A stretch of DNA of 64,000 nucleotides, from assembly GCA_021817785.1 (NCBI GenBank), contig JAKAFY010000002.1, forward strand, positions 11,750 through 75,749. Direction: 5' to 3'. The notes under the pieces were generated by a model that was not told where the DNA came from, did not search any database, and worked only from the letters and a program-made list of their open reading frames with translations. Positions 40,061-50,239 of the stretch are shown here, one piece after another. The translations under genes were made by a program, and so were the position numbers. The stretch's first letter is position 1. Each line of letters begins with the position of its first letter. The stretch is from a bacterium (GTDB taxonomy: Bacteria > Patescibacteriota > Microgenomatia > UBA10105 > UBA927).

Positions 40061-43000
40061 TTATTTCGTCTGTTTGGCAAACCGTACCTCGATTTTTTCA
40101 CCAACGACATCTATACGGTCCGCTTTCCAGGTACGACTGATTTTTTTATCCAGATGCTGGAGGACAATGTCATTAAAATTATTGAGCTGATGATGGATGG
40201 TGCCCGAAACCACTTTCATAAGAATCGGCAAGTCCATATGCAAAGAGTTCGGTTCTACGACGAGTCCCTTTTGCGGGTCGGTAATCAGCGTTCCGCTAAA
40301 TGCAGCCTCTCCGAATATGGGCGATTTTGCTTTCATATCAACAAGCTTTGCGGTATTTCCGTCCAGCGTGATTTTTCCCTCAGTAATACGCGTGTTTCCT
40401 GCCATATGGAGTGAAGACTTAAGATAATCCATAAGTTCGCCGGTCGTGACATCCATAACCGCGCTCGTCTGTTCTTTTGACCGGTCCAGGATATAATGCA
40501 TACGGTCCTCAACGCCTTCCGGAAGCATTTCCCGTGACGGCGCCGGCATAGCAACTTCCGGCGTTCCCTGGTTTTGGGTCGATGTAACGTCAGGAGAGGA
40601 AATGGAAGACGCCATGGTTTCCGCCTTCGCTGAAGCTTCGGCGGACAAGTCCGCTGGTCCCTCCGTCGCGGAAGCTTCTGAGGATGAGCCCGCAACATTT
40701 TCCAGTGCTTCTCGGGCAGTTGCCGGTTCCGGTTTCGTGGCCTCAACTACTTCGCTGGCTGCCTGTTTGGCAAACGCTTCCGTGTCTATTTCTGCACCCA
40801 TATTTGCCGATAAGCTGGTCATATCGGTTATCAGGACTTTGTCGTCTTTGACTTCGTATTGTATGCCTAACGCATCCATCGTGCGTTTAAAGTATCCGTC
40901 AAAACGGGCGGGGTTGGCTGCTTTAAGGGACGGATACAGTGTGGCATACATATTCGACAGGTTTGCTTCGAGTTGTTCTTTGGTATAGGATTCCGTGGCT
41001 TTTTGGGCCATATCGGACCATGACATATCTTTGTACGTATCATTCTTTTCAAGCGGGACCTGTTCGGCAAGTCCCATTGGCTGCAAATATTGGTAATAGA
41101 TGGTTTCCTTGGGGTCGATCGTTGTCCGCATTTCGGGAATGATTTGTATACCATCTCCAGAGCCGCGGGCCGACCTCATCATCCAGGAAAGTTCACGGTC
41201 CTCGGCTCCCGGGGAGTCCGCATGATAGCCGCCGACCGCCGCAAGAGAGCCTGCGCGGATAGCCATGTTGCCGCTATAGACATTCGGAATGCTTCCGGTA
41301 TCTCCATGGCGGACAAACGCGTCAAAGAGCTCAAATGCGCGGTGGCTTGCAAATAACATGGGATACTGGGTAAATGCTTCTGCGGGTAATTCATTTGCAC
41401 CACTTATGATATCAACAGTGGGATTGGCATCAGCGGCATCGATAAGGCCTGCGACATACGTGGGTTGTACCGTCATACCCGGCACGGTGTTGTCTGTCAA
41501 AAGCAGTACGTCCGGGTGATCGGCAGGAAGCGTACCTAACCGCGACAGGACGTAGTTCGAAAGATCCCGTTTGATGCGCCCGCTCTTCAGATCTCCGTCA
41601 TAGGTGTGGGAAAGATAGACGACATGTGCGTCCGGGTGCTCGGTCATGAACGTATCAACGTCTGTTTTTACCGTGCTTTCCGCTGCGGGATTGATGTCAT
41701 AGACGATGAGCTCTACCTTTTTAAGATCCAGAGGCGCGCCGTCTTTGGTAGTTTGATTTGTATACTGAGCCAGCCGTTGTCCGATACCGGTCCCCGCCGA
41801 AGACGTGGGGAAGGTGATAACGGTTCGCACATCTGGTGCGATCGGCGCATCATGCTGGGCGACCAGACCGGAAAGTATATTCGTATCCTCCTGCGGGAGC
41901 TGGCTTAGATACCATGCGATTTCCTCCGATTGGGAAAGTTTTGCCTGCGGATTTTCCGTAAGCCGCGGAGATTTCCGGCTATCCATGGTTTCTTTGGAAA
42001 TAAACGCGCCTTCGTTGCCCAGCGGGAAATAAAATGTTTCGGCAGACGGCGCTACTTCCGAAGGAAGTGCTTCCATGGGCGCGGCTTCCAATACGGATCG
42101 CACCGGAAGAATAACCGGGAACCAGGGGATTTCCCCGGCGACTGCGGTGGCAGTGTGTGTGGCTGCCGTGTTGAATTCACTGAATACCTGTCCGATATGA
42201 CGCGTTGCGAAATCTTCCGTTGACCGGCCGACAGACGACCCTGCTGCTGCCACATAGTCACGCGCGGCCATATCGCGCACCCCACGGTCGAGCATGTCCC
42301 CGGCATGTATAGCTTGCGTGGCTGCTGCATCATGAGCTTGTACGGTTTGTGCCGCCACAGCGTCATGTACCTGCGTCATTTCGCTGGGAAGCGTGTAGGG
42401 AATTTTGATCGTATTTCCGATAACAGGTCCGATGTGAGCCACTTCAGCAGTGGGATAGGACGGAGTAATGCTTATAAGATTGTGTGTAGCAGTCGGGGCT
42501 TCAACAACGGGTGCTCCAACGACCGGTGTGGTATGAGGTGCCGTGCCGCTTAAACGCGCCATAAATGAGGTAAGATCCGTCGGGTTCGGTAATTGATTAT
42601 CCTGTCCTACGTACCCGAGTTTCAACGCGATTGCTTCATACCGCGACTCTCCGCCTTTGTCATAAAGGTGTTGTATGGCATCAAGCGGACCCGCCGACTT
42701 TGCGAGTTCCTTCTGATAATCAATAAGCGCTTGGTGTTGAATTTTGGCAAATTCTTTTATGCCATCTGGTCCGAATACCTTCGGATCTACGTGAATTGTT
42801 GCATCGTTGGGAATTCTGGAAAGGTCCATTTCACTCGTTGGCCCTATACCGCCATGTGTAGCATCGCCAAATGTTGCATGGCGGAAGTTTTCCGGATGTT
42901 TTATTGCATCAAAAAAGTTGGCATGAGGTGAATCGTTGGGAATATCAATAACTTTGTCCATGTGATCGTGGGCATACATACGGAACATATTTTTAAAGGC

Positions 43001-46000
43001 GTTTGCCTCTGATACATTATTCGTTTTTCCCAGGAAGTAGTCCCATACGCCGCCCTTCCCAAGCTCTCCACCGGATATAGTCATCGGCTCGGTTACCGTC
43101 GAAGACGGCAGCACATCCGGATTTGTGACGCCGGATGCCGGGACGACGTTCGAAGCTGTGTGGACGTTTGTGGATTTCCAATCAAGGCCGTGTGCATGGA
43201 GCTGGTCGGTAATCCGCTGTAATTCAGTCGGGGTTCCCTGAAAGTTTCCTGTGCCATCAAATTTTACCGTCGTAACGACGGTATGGTTGGGGTCAAGAAT
43301 CTGCCAGTCATGATGGTCCGGGACGTAATGTATCGTGTAATCGGGAGGGAGATTGATGGCCAGCCGATCGACCCCTGCGGGGGCAGTAAGGTTTGGAATA
43401 GTGGGGGAATCATAGGTAAAAGAGCCTGGTTCACCGGCCGGATGTGCGTTTACCATATGGAGTCCTGCGTTGTGTAACGTGTCGGTCAACTGTTGCGGAC
43501 TCATGTCGTGCCCCAGGGTAATGTCGTGCACCGGACCATTGACGTGAAATGCCGCGTCGTAGGTTACCACGCGTTCGTCCGGTCCGCCGGTGACATGCTG
43601 TACGATATCGATTTCTTTGGGTAGTTGATATGTTTGGTTGCCGATGAGGACGGTGTGGTCCGCGGATGGGGGAGAGATCGGAACCGTTTCGGTACGTGTA
43701 CTTATCGGACTAAAGGTAGCCGGTTCGGTGCTGTTTTGTATCGTATCTTTAGCATGCTGAGTGGCGGTGTGGACCGCATCGGTAACCTGAGCATTGTGTG
43801 CAAGTGCTTCGACTCCCTGAATTGCTGCTCCTACGGCGGCACCGATGACACCGGCTTTCACGCCGTATTTGACCGCTTCCAATCTCGCCTCATTATTAAA
43901 CTCGGCAAGGATCGCATCCATACCCATGGCTTTTTCATCCGGTGTCGTTTGGCGTCCCGCAAACGGCCACCGGCGTTTGATCATATCTGCTTCCGGAGCG
44001 TATTGAGAGACGAAACCAAGCGTTGCTTTGACCGGGTCGTCAAAACTATCCATTTTACCGATGCCGTCTTTCAAAATTTGGGTCTGTGCAACGGTAAGTT
44101 TTTCCATGAATTCTGGGAATGCATTGCCGCCGAGTACGTTGTCTAATTTACCTAGGTCACTTAGGTGACTTAGGTCATTTAAGACATTTGAAGCCATAAT
44201 ATCGAGCGCCGCCCGTTCGCTTTCTATCCCTTCCCGGCTGGAATATTGGACCAGTCCGATGCGTTTGGGACCAACCTCACTTATGGCTTTGCGGGCGTGG
44301 AGATCGGCAACAGTCGCAAACGCGGTACGGAGTTCGTCGTCGGTAAGTGTCGTTTTCAGCACCGGCATGCCGCCATCTGCGGGCGTTTCATACAGACTGG
44401 ATTGCATGGTGTGCATCATTTCATTGGCGCTTCGCTGTTTCACACTAAAGCGTTCGAACCATGCACGGCGTTTCATGGTATCCGTAAATTGTGTCCCTGC
44501 CTCGCGTTCCCGCAGGTGCGTAAGATAATCTTTCTGGAGCTGGCCGTATTCTTTCCATCCGGCAAATACACCGCCCGCCAGTGCTCCTCCGGTAATATTT
44601 CCGATCGGTCCGCCGATAATGCGGAATGGAGTCGTTTTTAAAAAGTTCAGCGCGGATAATGCTATGGCGACGCCGGAACCGATCGTCGCTTCGTTAAACA
44701 CCATCGGCACGATGACATTTTTCTTATTGAGCCATTCATAGACTTCGCGCACCCTGCCGATACCGCGTTCGACGGCTGTGGGCTCCAAGCTCGTGACTTC
44801 TCCCATGGCACCCAACCCCAGCCGGATCTGGAGTCCGGACATGGCCTGGTCGATATTGGCAAGTCCTGCCTCATGCGACATTTTATTCCGGAGCATTTCT
44901 GCCGCATCAAAAAGACTCGAACTATATAATTCTGCTTCAGCAAATACATCCGGACGGACATTTTTGAGCGTCGCATTGAAGAATTCTTTTGTTCGTTTAT
45001 CAAACTCTGTTTTGTCCGCTATCTCGCCGGTGGCGTACTGTTTGAGTAATCCTTGTATCCCTTCCACTAATGGTTTGTGTTCTTCTTTGGTGGCATCCAA
45101 AATTTCCAGTTTTTCTCCGAGCTGGGTGCGGACAAACTGATCGGCTTTGTCCATGTCTTGGGAGAAACGCATACGTACCGCTTTTGCTTCCCGTTCAAAG
45201 ATTTCCGCGCCTTTAAGCTCTCCTGCGGCCTTCATGACGCCTATTTCTTCCAGTGCCATGTTTTGGATGGCGCTCCTCATACCGAGCTTATCTTTGAGCC
45301 AATCGATGGCCTTGGTGCCGGCACGTACGATGAAATTGGCATCGTTTAATTTTTTGTTGTACCGTTCGGTGGCCCGGGCTTCTGCCAGGCGGATGGATTG
45401 TTCGGCAAACGGCGTTTCTGCAGTTTTTAACATGTCCATGTAGTATTCCCGCGCCCGCTCATGGAAGTAGATGCCACCGATACTTTGTTTCCAAAGCGAG
45501 GTAAAGACAAACTCATGCACTGCGTGCGCGCCTTCTTTGGTTTTGTCCCAAAGGTTTTTGGTAGCAGCGGCACGCTCGGTCATTTGCGGCGTCGTCATTT
45601 TTTGCATCGCCCGGTCGGCCAGATCCAGTGCGCGGGTTTCATACGCCCGTAACCCGACGATCGTGATGGTATTCGGGTCTTCTGTCAGCGTTTCCAATAC
45701 TTTGCGGGCTTCTTTGGATGGCGTTGGTGTGGCAGGTATTGCCTCTTCTTGCGGCGCTTCCGGCTGTTCTGCAAGTTGTTCCTGCGGTATTTCCGTTTCC
45801 GGAAGGGGAGGTTCCGTCACTTCCTGCGGTAATGCTCCTTCAGCCGGATTGCCGGATTCATCCGGGGGCGTAAGATCTGCCGATACGTCTGATGTGCCTT
45901 TCGGCGTTTCATTATTATCTCCCGGTTGTATGGGAGTCTCTTGTTGGGTATCGGCGGGCGCATCAGCCGGAGACGGCTCGCTGGAGACAGCAGGTTCTGC

Positions 46001-46357
46001 GCCGGCCGCCGGTTGTTCTAATGCTAATGCTTCTTTCGGAATGATGTGCGCTACTCCCGCCTCATCTGTCCACTGGATGCCGGATATTTTGTCCCATGCC
46101 ATCTGGTCCATGGTGTCGACGTGGATGACTGGTTTGTCAATGATTTTGCCTTCCTCACCCTTTTTTCTGCTGGGCTCCCGGACCATAAGGACGCTGCTTT
46201 CGACGCCGGACGGAGAGCGCTTGTCCGATGATTGTATGACGACCGATGTGACCTCCGTGTCGCCCACTTTGATCGGGGTTTTAAGGTACAGCGGCGTCTC
46301 TCCCACAACGATTTGTTGCGGAATATGCATTTCCTGTGTCGGGATAGGGTCAGGCAT
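40061..46357 (-). CDS. Giant multidomain protein with GT2-like glycosyltransferase domain
   Basis: 2098-aa ORF; VITFP, ELIVYD, LLLTDNT, SGNMAIR..LAAVGGY, GAEDREL; Gly-rich hydrophobic segments in the N-terminal half. Confidence 0.8.
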   Translation of the reverse strand: MPDPIPTQEMHIPQQIVVGETPLYLKTPIKVGDTEVTSVVIQSSDKRSPSGVESSVLMVREPSRKKGEEGKIIDKPVIHVDTMDQMAWDKISGIQWTDEAGVAHIIPKEALALEQPAAGAEPAVSSEPSPADAPADTQQETPIQPGDNNETPKGTSDVSADLTPPDESGNPAEGALPQEVTEPPLPETEIPQEQLAEQPEAPQEEAIPATPTPSKEARKVLETLTEDPNTITIVGLRAYETRALDLADRAMQKMTTPQMTERAAATKNLWDKTKEGAHAVHEFVFTSLWKQSIGGIYFHERAREYYMDMLKTAETPFAEQSIRLAEARATERYNKKLNDANFIVRAGTKAIDWLKDKLGMRSAIQNMALEEIGVMKAAGELKGAEIFEREAKAVRMRFSQDMDKADQFVRTQLGEKLEILDATKEEHKPLVEGIQGLLKQYATGEIADKTEFDKRTKEFFNATLKNVRPDVFAEAELYSSSLFDAAEMLRNKMSHEAGLANIDQAMSGLQIRLGLGAMGEVTSLEPTAVERGIGRVREVYEWLNKKNVIVPMVFNEATIGSGVAIALSALNFLKTTPFRIIGGPIGNITGGALAGGVFAGWKEYGQLQKDYLTHLREREAGTQFTDTMKRRAWFERFSVKQRSANEMMHTMQSSLYETPADGGMPVLKTTLTDDELRTAFATVADLHARKAISEVGPKRIGLVQYSSREGIESERAALDIMASNVLNDLSHLSDLGKLDNVLGGNAFPEFMEKLTVAQTQILKDGIGKMDSFDDPVKATLGFVSQYAPEADMIKRRWPFAGRQTTPDEKAMGMDAILAEFNNEARLEAVKYGVKAGVIGAAVGAAIQGVEALAHNAQVTDAVHTATQHAKDTIQNSTEPATFSPISTRTETVPISPPSADHTVLIGNQTYQLPKEIDIVQHVTGGPDERVVTYDAAFHVNGPVHDITLGHDMSPQQLTDTLHNAGLHMVNAHPAGEPGSFTYDSPTIPNLTAPAGVDRLAINLPPDYTIHYVPDHHDWQILDPNHTVVTTVKFDGTGNFQGTPTELQRITDQLHAHGLDWKSTNVHTASNVVPASGVTNPDVLPSSTVTEPMTISGGELGKGGVWDYFLGKTNNVSEANAFKNMFRMYAHDHMDKVIDIPNDSPHANFFDAIKHPENFRHATFGDATHGGIGPTSEMDLSRIPNDATIHVDPKVFGPDGIKEFAKIQHQALIDYQKELAKSAGPLDAIQHLYDKGGESRYEAIALKLGYVGQDNQLPNPTDLTSFMARLSGTAPHTTPVVGAPVVEAPTATHNLISITPSYPTAEVAHIGPVIGNTIKIPYTLPSEMTQVHDAVAAQTVQAHDAAATQAIHAGDMLDRGVRDMAARDYVAAAGSSVGRSTEDFATRHIGQVFSEFNTAATHTATAVAGEIPWFPVILPVRSVLEAAPMEALPSEVAPSAETFYFPLGNEGAFISKETMDSRKSPRLTENPQAKLSQSEEIAWYLSQLPQEDTNILSGLVAQHDAPIAPDVRTVITFPTSSAGTGIGQRLAQYTNQTTKDGAPLDLKKVELIVYDINPAAESTVKTDVDTFMTEHPDAHVVYLSHTYDGDLKSGRIKRDLSNYVLSRLGTLPADHPDVLLLTDNTVPGMTVQPTYVAGLIDAADANPTVDIISGANELPAEAFTQYPMLFASHRAFELFDAFVRHGDTGSIPNVYSGNMAIRAGSLAAVGGYHADSPGAEDRELSWMMRSARGSGDGIQIIPEMRTTIDPKETIYYQYLQPMGLAEQVPLEKNDTYKDMSWSDMAQKATESYTKEQLEANLSNMYATLYPSLKAANPARFDGYFKRTMDALGIQYEVKDDKVLITDMTSLSANMGAEIDTEAFAKQAASEVVEATKPEPATAREALENVAGSSSEASATEGPADLSAEASAKAETMASSISSPDVTSTQNQGTPEVAMPAPSREMLPEGVEDRMHYILDRSKEQTSAVMDVTTGELMDYLKSSLHMAGNTRITEGKITLDGNTAKLVDMKAKSPIFGEAAFSGTLITDPQKGLVVEPNSLHMDLPILMKVVSGTIHHQLNNFNDIVLQHLDKKISRTWKADRIDVVGEKIEVRFAKQTK

Positions 46358-46363
46358 ATATGG

Positions 46364-46702
46364 TTAATTACTTTTGGGTGGCTCAGCACCCAGGTACAAA
46401 CTGCGAAAATCGGCAAAAATCTGTGCGACCAATATATCCGGCTCGTTGACATATTTCGTGATAAAGGCATTGACCTGTTCCGGCGCCGGGTTGGTTTTAA
46501 TGAGATCAGACAGCTCATGTACCGCTTCGGGGTTGGCCGTGCTGATCATTTCGATCGTACGAAGGGTGAGGTATTGGTTCAATCGATCGGTTAGTTCCCG
46601 TTTGATGTCAGTAACCGCGGCTTCATCGGGGAGGCGGTCGCCGAATTTTTGGGTAATGAGTTCTTCGATAAACGTGTTGATGGCAGGTAATGATACATCC
46701 AT
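46364..46702 (-). CDS. Small helical hypothetical protein
   Basis: MDVSLP start; ends 6 bp before the giant gene start. Confidence 0.7.
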   Translation of the reverse strand: MDVSLPAINTFIEELITQKFGDRLPDEAAVTDIKRELTDRLNQYLTLRTIEMISTANPEAVHELSDLIKTNPAPEQVNAFITKYVNEPDILVAQIFADFRSLYLGAEPPKSN

Positions 46703-46711
46703 GGTTAGTAT

Positions 46712-46777
46712 GTCATTCTCGCGCATGCGGGAATCCAGCGTATAATAAACTGGATCCCCGATCAGGTCGGGGATGAC
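46712..46777. repeat. REP/dRS3-like palindromic element
   Basis: GTCATTCTCGCGCATGCGGGAATCCAG...CTGGATCCCCGATCAGGTCGGGGATGAC. Confidence 0.8.
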
Positions 46778-47012
46778 AAATGTTGTACTATATCCACACT
46801 ACGGGGTTTGGTGAGGGCCTGTCAAGGAGGCCAAAACTATAAAGAAATACTATCAACTAAATCAAAGTAGCCCAATTATTATTCGGAATGATACGGTTGT
46901 TGGGGAAGAAGAGGTAGGTTTGGTACGTTTCGTATGTGTAGTAGGATTGGGAATATTCACATGTGTTATCTGACTAAACCTACTAAACTTCTCAACCTAC
47001 GTAGTTTTTTTG

Positions 47013-47387
47013 TTAGCTCGCTTTTGCACTTCCCGTCCATTCCAGCTTCACATCTTGTTTGATGACTTTATCCGCAAGCATTTGTGCCTCTTTGTATTGT
47101 CCCTGCCGGATGAGGTGCTGCACTTCGACCGCGGCTTTTTGGGTGACGCCCTGTTCGTAATCCCGAAGGTAGGGGATGATGATGTGGGAAATTTCGGTAA
47201 ACGTATCGTCCAGATGGGGAAGCGTCTTGTATAAATCTTCCAGGCTCATGCCGGGCTTTAATTTCTCCAAGATCATCTGTGCCAGTTGCTGAGCGCGTTC
47301 TTCACTCATCTCCTCGGCTTCCACCTTGGCTTTGATAAGGTCGACAATACTGGCCTCTATTTGTTCACGGATATCATCGGGGGACAT
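47013..47387 (-). CDS. Helical hypothetical protein
   Basis: 124-aa acidic ATG ORF. Confidence 0.7.
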   Translation of the reverse strand: MSPDDIREQIEASIVDLIKAKVEAEEMSEERAQQLAQMILEKLKPGMSLEDLYKTLPHLDDTFTEISHIIIPYLRDYEQGVTQKAAVEVQHLIRQGQYKEAQMLADKVIKQDVKLEWTGSAKAS

Positions 47388-47438
47388 GAGATTAGTATTG
47401 CGTATCAGGTGTCAAGTATCAAGGGGGCGACGTGTCTT

Positions 47439-48341
47439 TTATGGACTGTGCCGTATGGCTTTACTTGAGACCGATTTGGTCTGACGTATGGTAATGGGGA
47501 TGCTCTGGATAATCTTTTTTTGTGCGGAGACTGCGTCTAATTTGTGTAGCAGCCCATCCATTGCCTCCGGAACGGCGCCGTACAGGATTTGTTTGATCTG
47601 GTCGTTGCTCAAACTCTGCCAGTTATGTACTTCTTTGATGAGTACCGGCTGCTGATACGGATCAGTTTGGAGGAAAACCCTCAGCGGAACACTGCCGTCA
47701 TACAGGCTGGTGCCGCCGTTCCAGATGGATATGCCGCCGGCAGTGGTGAGGATAGCCTGGGCTCCGTGGTTTTCGATGATTTTGTTGACGTCCTCCATCT
47801 CGTATGGCCGCATCTTGGCTGCTATCCGTACCAGCACGGTAGAAGGATGCGCATCCGGGTTTTTCATGTCAATGGCAGTGAGTCCGGTGCAGATTTCTAT
47901 GTTTTTACCGGAAAGAGCCATGGCGCCTTTTTCCCGATCCCGGAACCAGGACACCAAATCCCTGGGTTTTTCCAGTACGACGGACGTTTCATCCGAGGTG
48001 TCTCCTGCGTATGCAATACTTATCGTGTCCGAATACATCCTGAGGTGCCTGCCCTCGGTGGCGCTGCCGATTTCTTTGATAATATTTTGGCCGGCAAGTT
48101 CGTTGGTGGCGGCGATGACAAAAAGCGCACTGATGTCCTGGAAGGCTTTTTGTTTGGCCATTTCCATGGGCCATTCCGCCGGCTGAACATTGAGCGGCTG
48201 CTCCATGAGTTCTTCGGTAAATCCGGGTTTGACCTGCCGGACTTTCGTTTGGGGAAGCAGTAGTTCCCAGGAGTGGGTGCGCGCGGAGGAAGATGTGACG
48301 AAATCTACTTGACCGACGGTTTTAAATTGTTCTACTCCCAT
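47439..48341 (-). CDS. Divergent Maf-family nucleotide pyrophosphatase
   Basis: TSSSAR, KQKA, YSDT, LEKP, ALSGK...TGL, AGGI in Maf order. Confidence 0.7.
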   Translation of the reverse strand: MGVEQFKTVGQVDFVTSSSARTHSWELLLPQTKVRQVKPGFTEELMEQPLNVQPAEWPMEMAKQKAFQDISALFVIAATNELAGQNIIKEIGSATEGRHLRMYSDTISIAYAGDTSDETSVVLEKPRDLVSWFRDREKGAMALSGKNIEICTGLTAIDMKNPDAHPSTVLVRIAAKMRPYEMEDVNKIIENHGAQAILTTAGGISIWNGGTSLYDGSVPLRVFLQTDPYQQPVLIKEVHNWQSLSNDQIKQILYGAVPEAMDGLLHKLDAVSAQKKIIQSIPITIRQTKSVSSKAIRHSP

Positions 48342-48562
48342 GCTGATTGGCGCATTGGCCTTCTGGGCAGAAGTCCTTCATGTATGTATACAAACCAAAA
48401 AACTCACGATTTGTACGAAACCTCACTCGTGAATTTTCCTCTTTCTTTATACACTCTCGGGGTGGGGAGTGGTCAACTGGGAATAAGTAGGAGAATCTCT
48501 ATCAAACTGGGGCAATATTTTCTTCTGGCAAATACTTTGCCGTATTGGTAAGATAAGACCCT

Positions 48563-49849
48563 ATGCATACACAACCATTTATAAAAAAAGTATTACCAAA
48601 CGGCGTGCGGCTATTGCTCGTGCCTGTTCCCAGCGTCAATAGTGTGGCCTCTGCCGTCCTCGTCGGTGTGGGGAGCCGGTATGAAACACCGGACATAAAC
48701 GGCATTTCCCATTTCCTCGAGCATATGGTGTTTAAAGGAACGGCAAAATATCCCACGATGGACGACGTGACGGTGATCGAACGCGTCGGTGGGCTTCAGA
48801 ATGCCTATACCGATATTGATGTCACTAACTACCACAACAAAGTATTGGCGGAAGATTGGGAGTTGGGGCTCGAGATCAATAAAGAATTGGCCCTCCACCC
48901 CAGGCTGGAAGAACAGTGGGTGGACAAGGAACGCGATGTCATCATCGAAGAAATGAAGCGCTATGACGATGAGCCGGCCGCCAAAGTGGAAGAAACGTTC
49001 CACGGCATGTTGTATCGCGGCACCAAACTCGGGATGCGGATCATCGGCGAGGAAGCGAGCTTGAGACGAGTAGCGAGTAGCGAGCTTCGGTCGTATCACG
49101 ACGTCTGGTATATGCCGGAAAAAACGGTGGTGATAGCAGCAGGCAATATAGACGGGAAGCGGGTGTCGAGTATCGAGGGTCGGGTATCCGAATGGTTTTC
49201 CGATATGAAAGGCAGGGCACAGGGGGATATAGAGATGGTAAAAGAAACGCAGACCGCTCCAAAATTGGAAGTGGTGACGAAACCCGACGCACAGCAGGCA
49301 CATCTGGTCATAGGACTTCGGACCTTTGCCCGTGGCAGCGAGGACCGGTTTGCCTGGGGGGTATTTAACCTGTTGATGGGTGTGGGATTTACCTCACGTC
49401 TGTTTAAAGAAGTACGCGAAAAGCGGGGGCTCTGCTATCATGTGAGAAGCGAAAGCTCCGCATTTGCGGACGTCGGGTACTGGGACATTTACGCCGGGGT
49501 GGCCACTGCCAAAGTGGAGGAAGCGACACAGGCGATACTCAGTGAATTATCCAAAGCCGCAGACAAAGGGGTGACGGAAGACGAAGTCACTGTCGCCAAA
49601 AAGCGGCTAAAGACGGTGCTGGCATTCCGGAGTGAAGATCCGGAGTTTTTTACCGAATGGTACGGCCGGCAGGAAGTGTACAATCAGCCGTTGATGACGC
49701 TTGAAGAGTATATCAAAAAGATAGATAACGTATCGAAAGAAGACATACATCGGTTAGTGAGACACTATTTCAAAACCGAAACGCTCAACATGGCACTCGT
49801 CTGGAGCAAAGGGCGGGAAGAAAAATTACTTCAATTGCTGCATATATAA
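48563..49849 (+). CDS. M16 (pitrilysin-family) zinc peptidase
   Basis: GISHFLEHMVFKGT (HxxEH), SRLFKEVREKRGLCY. Confidence 0.95.
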   Translation: MHTQPFIKKVLPNGVRLLLVPVPSVNSVASAVLVGVGSRYETPDINGISHFLEHMVFKGTAKYPTMDDVTVIERVGGLQNAYTDIDVTNYHNKVLAEDWELGLEINKELALHPRLEEQWVDKERDVIIEEMKRYDDEPAAKVEETFHGMLYRGTKLGMRIIGEEASLRRVASSELRSYHDVWYMPEKTVVIAAGNIDGKRVSSIEGRVSEWFSDMKGRAQGDIEMVKETQTAPKLEVVTKPDAQQAHLVIGLRTFARGSEDRFAWGVFNLLMGVGFTSRLFKEVREKRGLCYHVRSESSAFADVGYWDIYAGVATAKVEEATQAILSELSKAADKGVTEDEVTVAKKRLKTVLAFRSEDPEFFTEWYGRQEVYNQPLMTLEEYIKKIDNVSKEDIHRLVRHYFKTETLNMALVWSKGREEKLLQLLHI

Positions 49850-49852
49850 TAT

Positions 49853-50134
49853 ATGGGATCCGTTGAGATGCATGAAGTTCCTCGAGGTACTCGGTGCGTT
49901 ATCTGCGGTTCAGCTGCAGATAAATTTTTGGGAGGAAGGGTGTGCGATAAAGTCATGCAGGTTTCCGTAACGGTTATAACGGATATTTCAGGGCATAAAT
50001 ATATTCATTCGCTCATGCCGCCAGAGCATAGATATATGCGGCATAGAGGACGGGTAGATAAGCTACTCCCCATGCATCCTCGATCGTGCGCTCCGAAAGA
50101 TGGAGGGCAAAAGATGCCGTGTATGCGCATATAA
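49853..50134 (+). CDS. Small Cys-containing hypothetical protein
   Basis: CVICG motif. Confidence 0.45.
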   Translation: MGSVEMHEVPRGTRCVICGSAADKFLGGRVCDKVMQVSVTVITDISGHKYIHSLMPPEHRYMRHRGRVDKLLPMHPRSCAPKDGGQKMPCMRI

Positions 50135-50239
50135 ATTGTTAATTTCGTGCCTCGCTTTAAAATGACGGGGTTAGAACACACTTGGTCTATTTTATTGTGA
50201 TAATTTGCATATTTTGTGTGGGTTTTATATACTCTCGCG

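Noticed and set aside
45471-46367. 298-aa plus-strand ORF and other long antisense ORFs (e.g. 47589-48263, 48611-49303)
   Set aside because: Shadow ORFs lying opposite well-supported genes.
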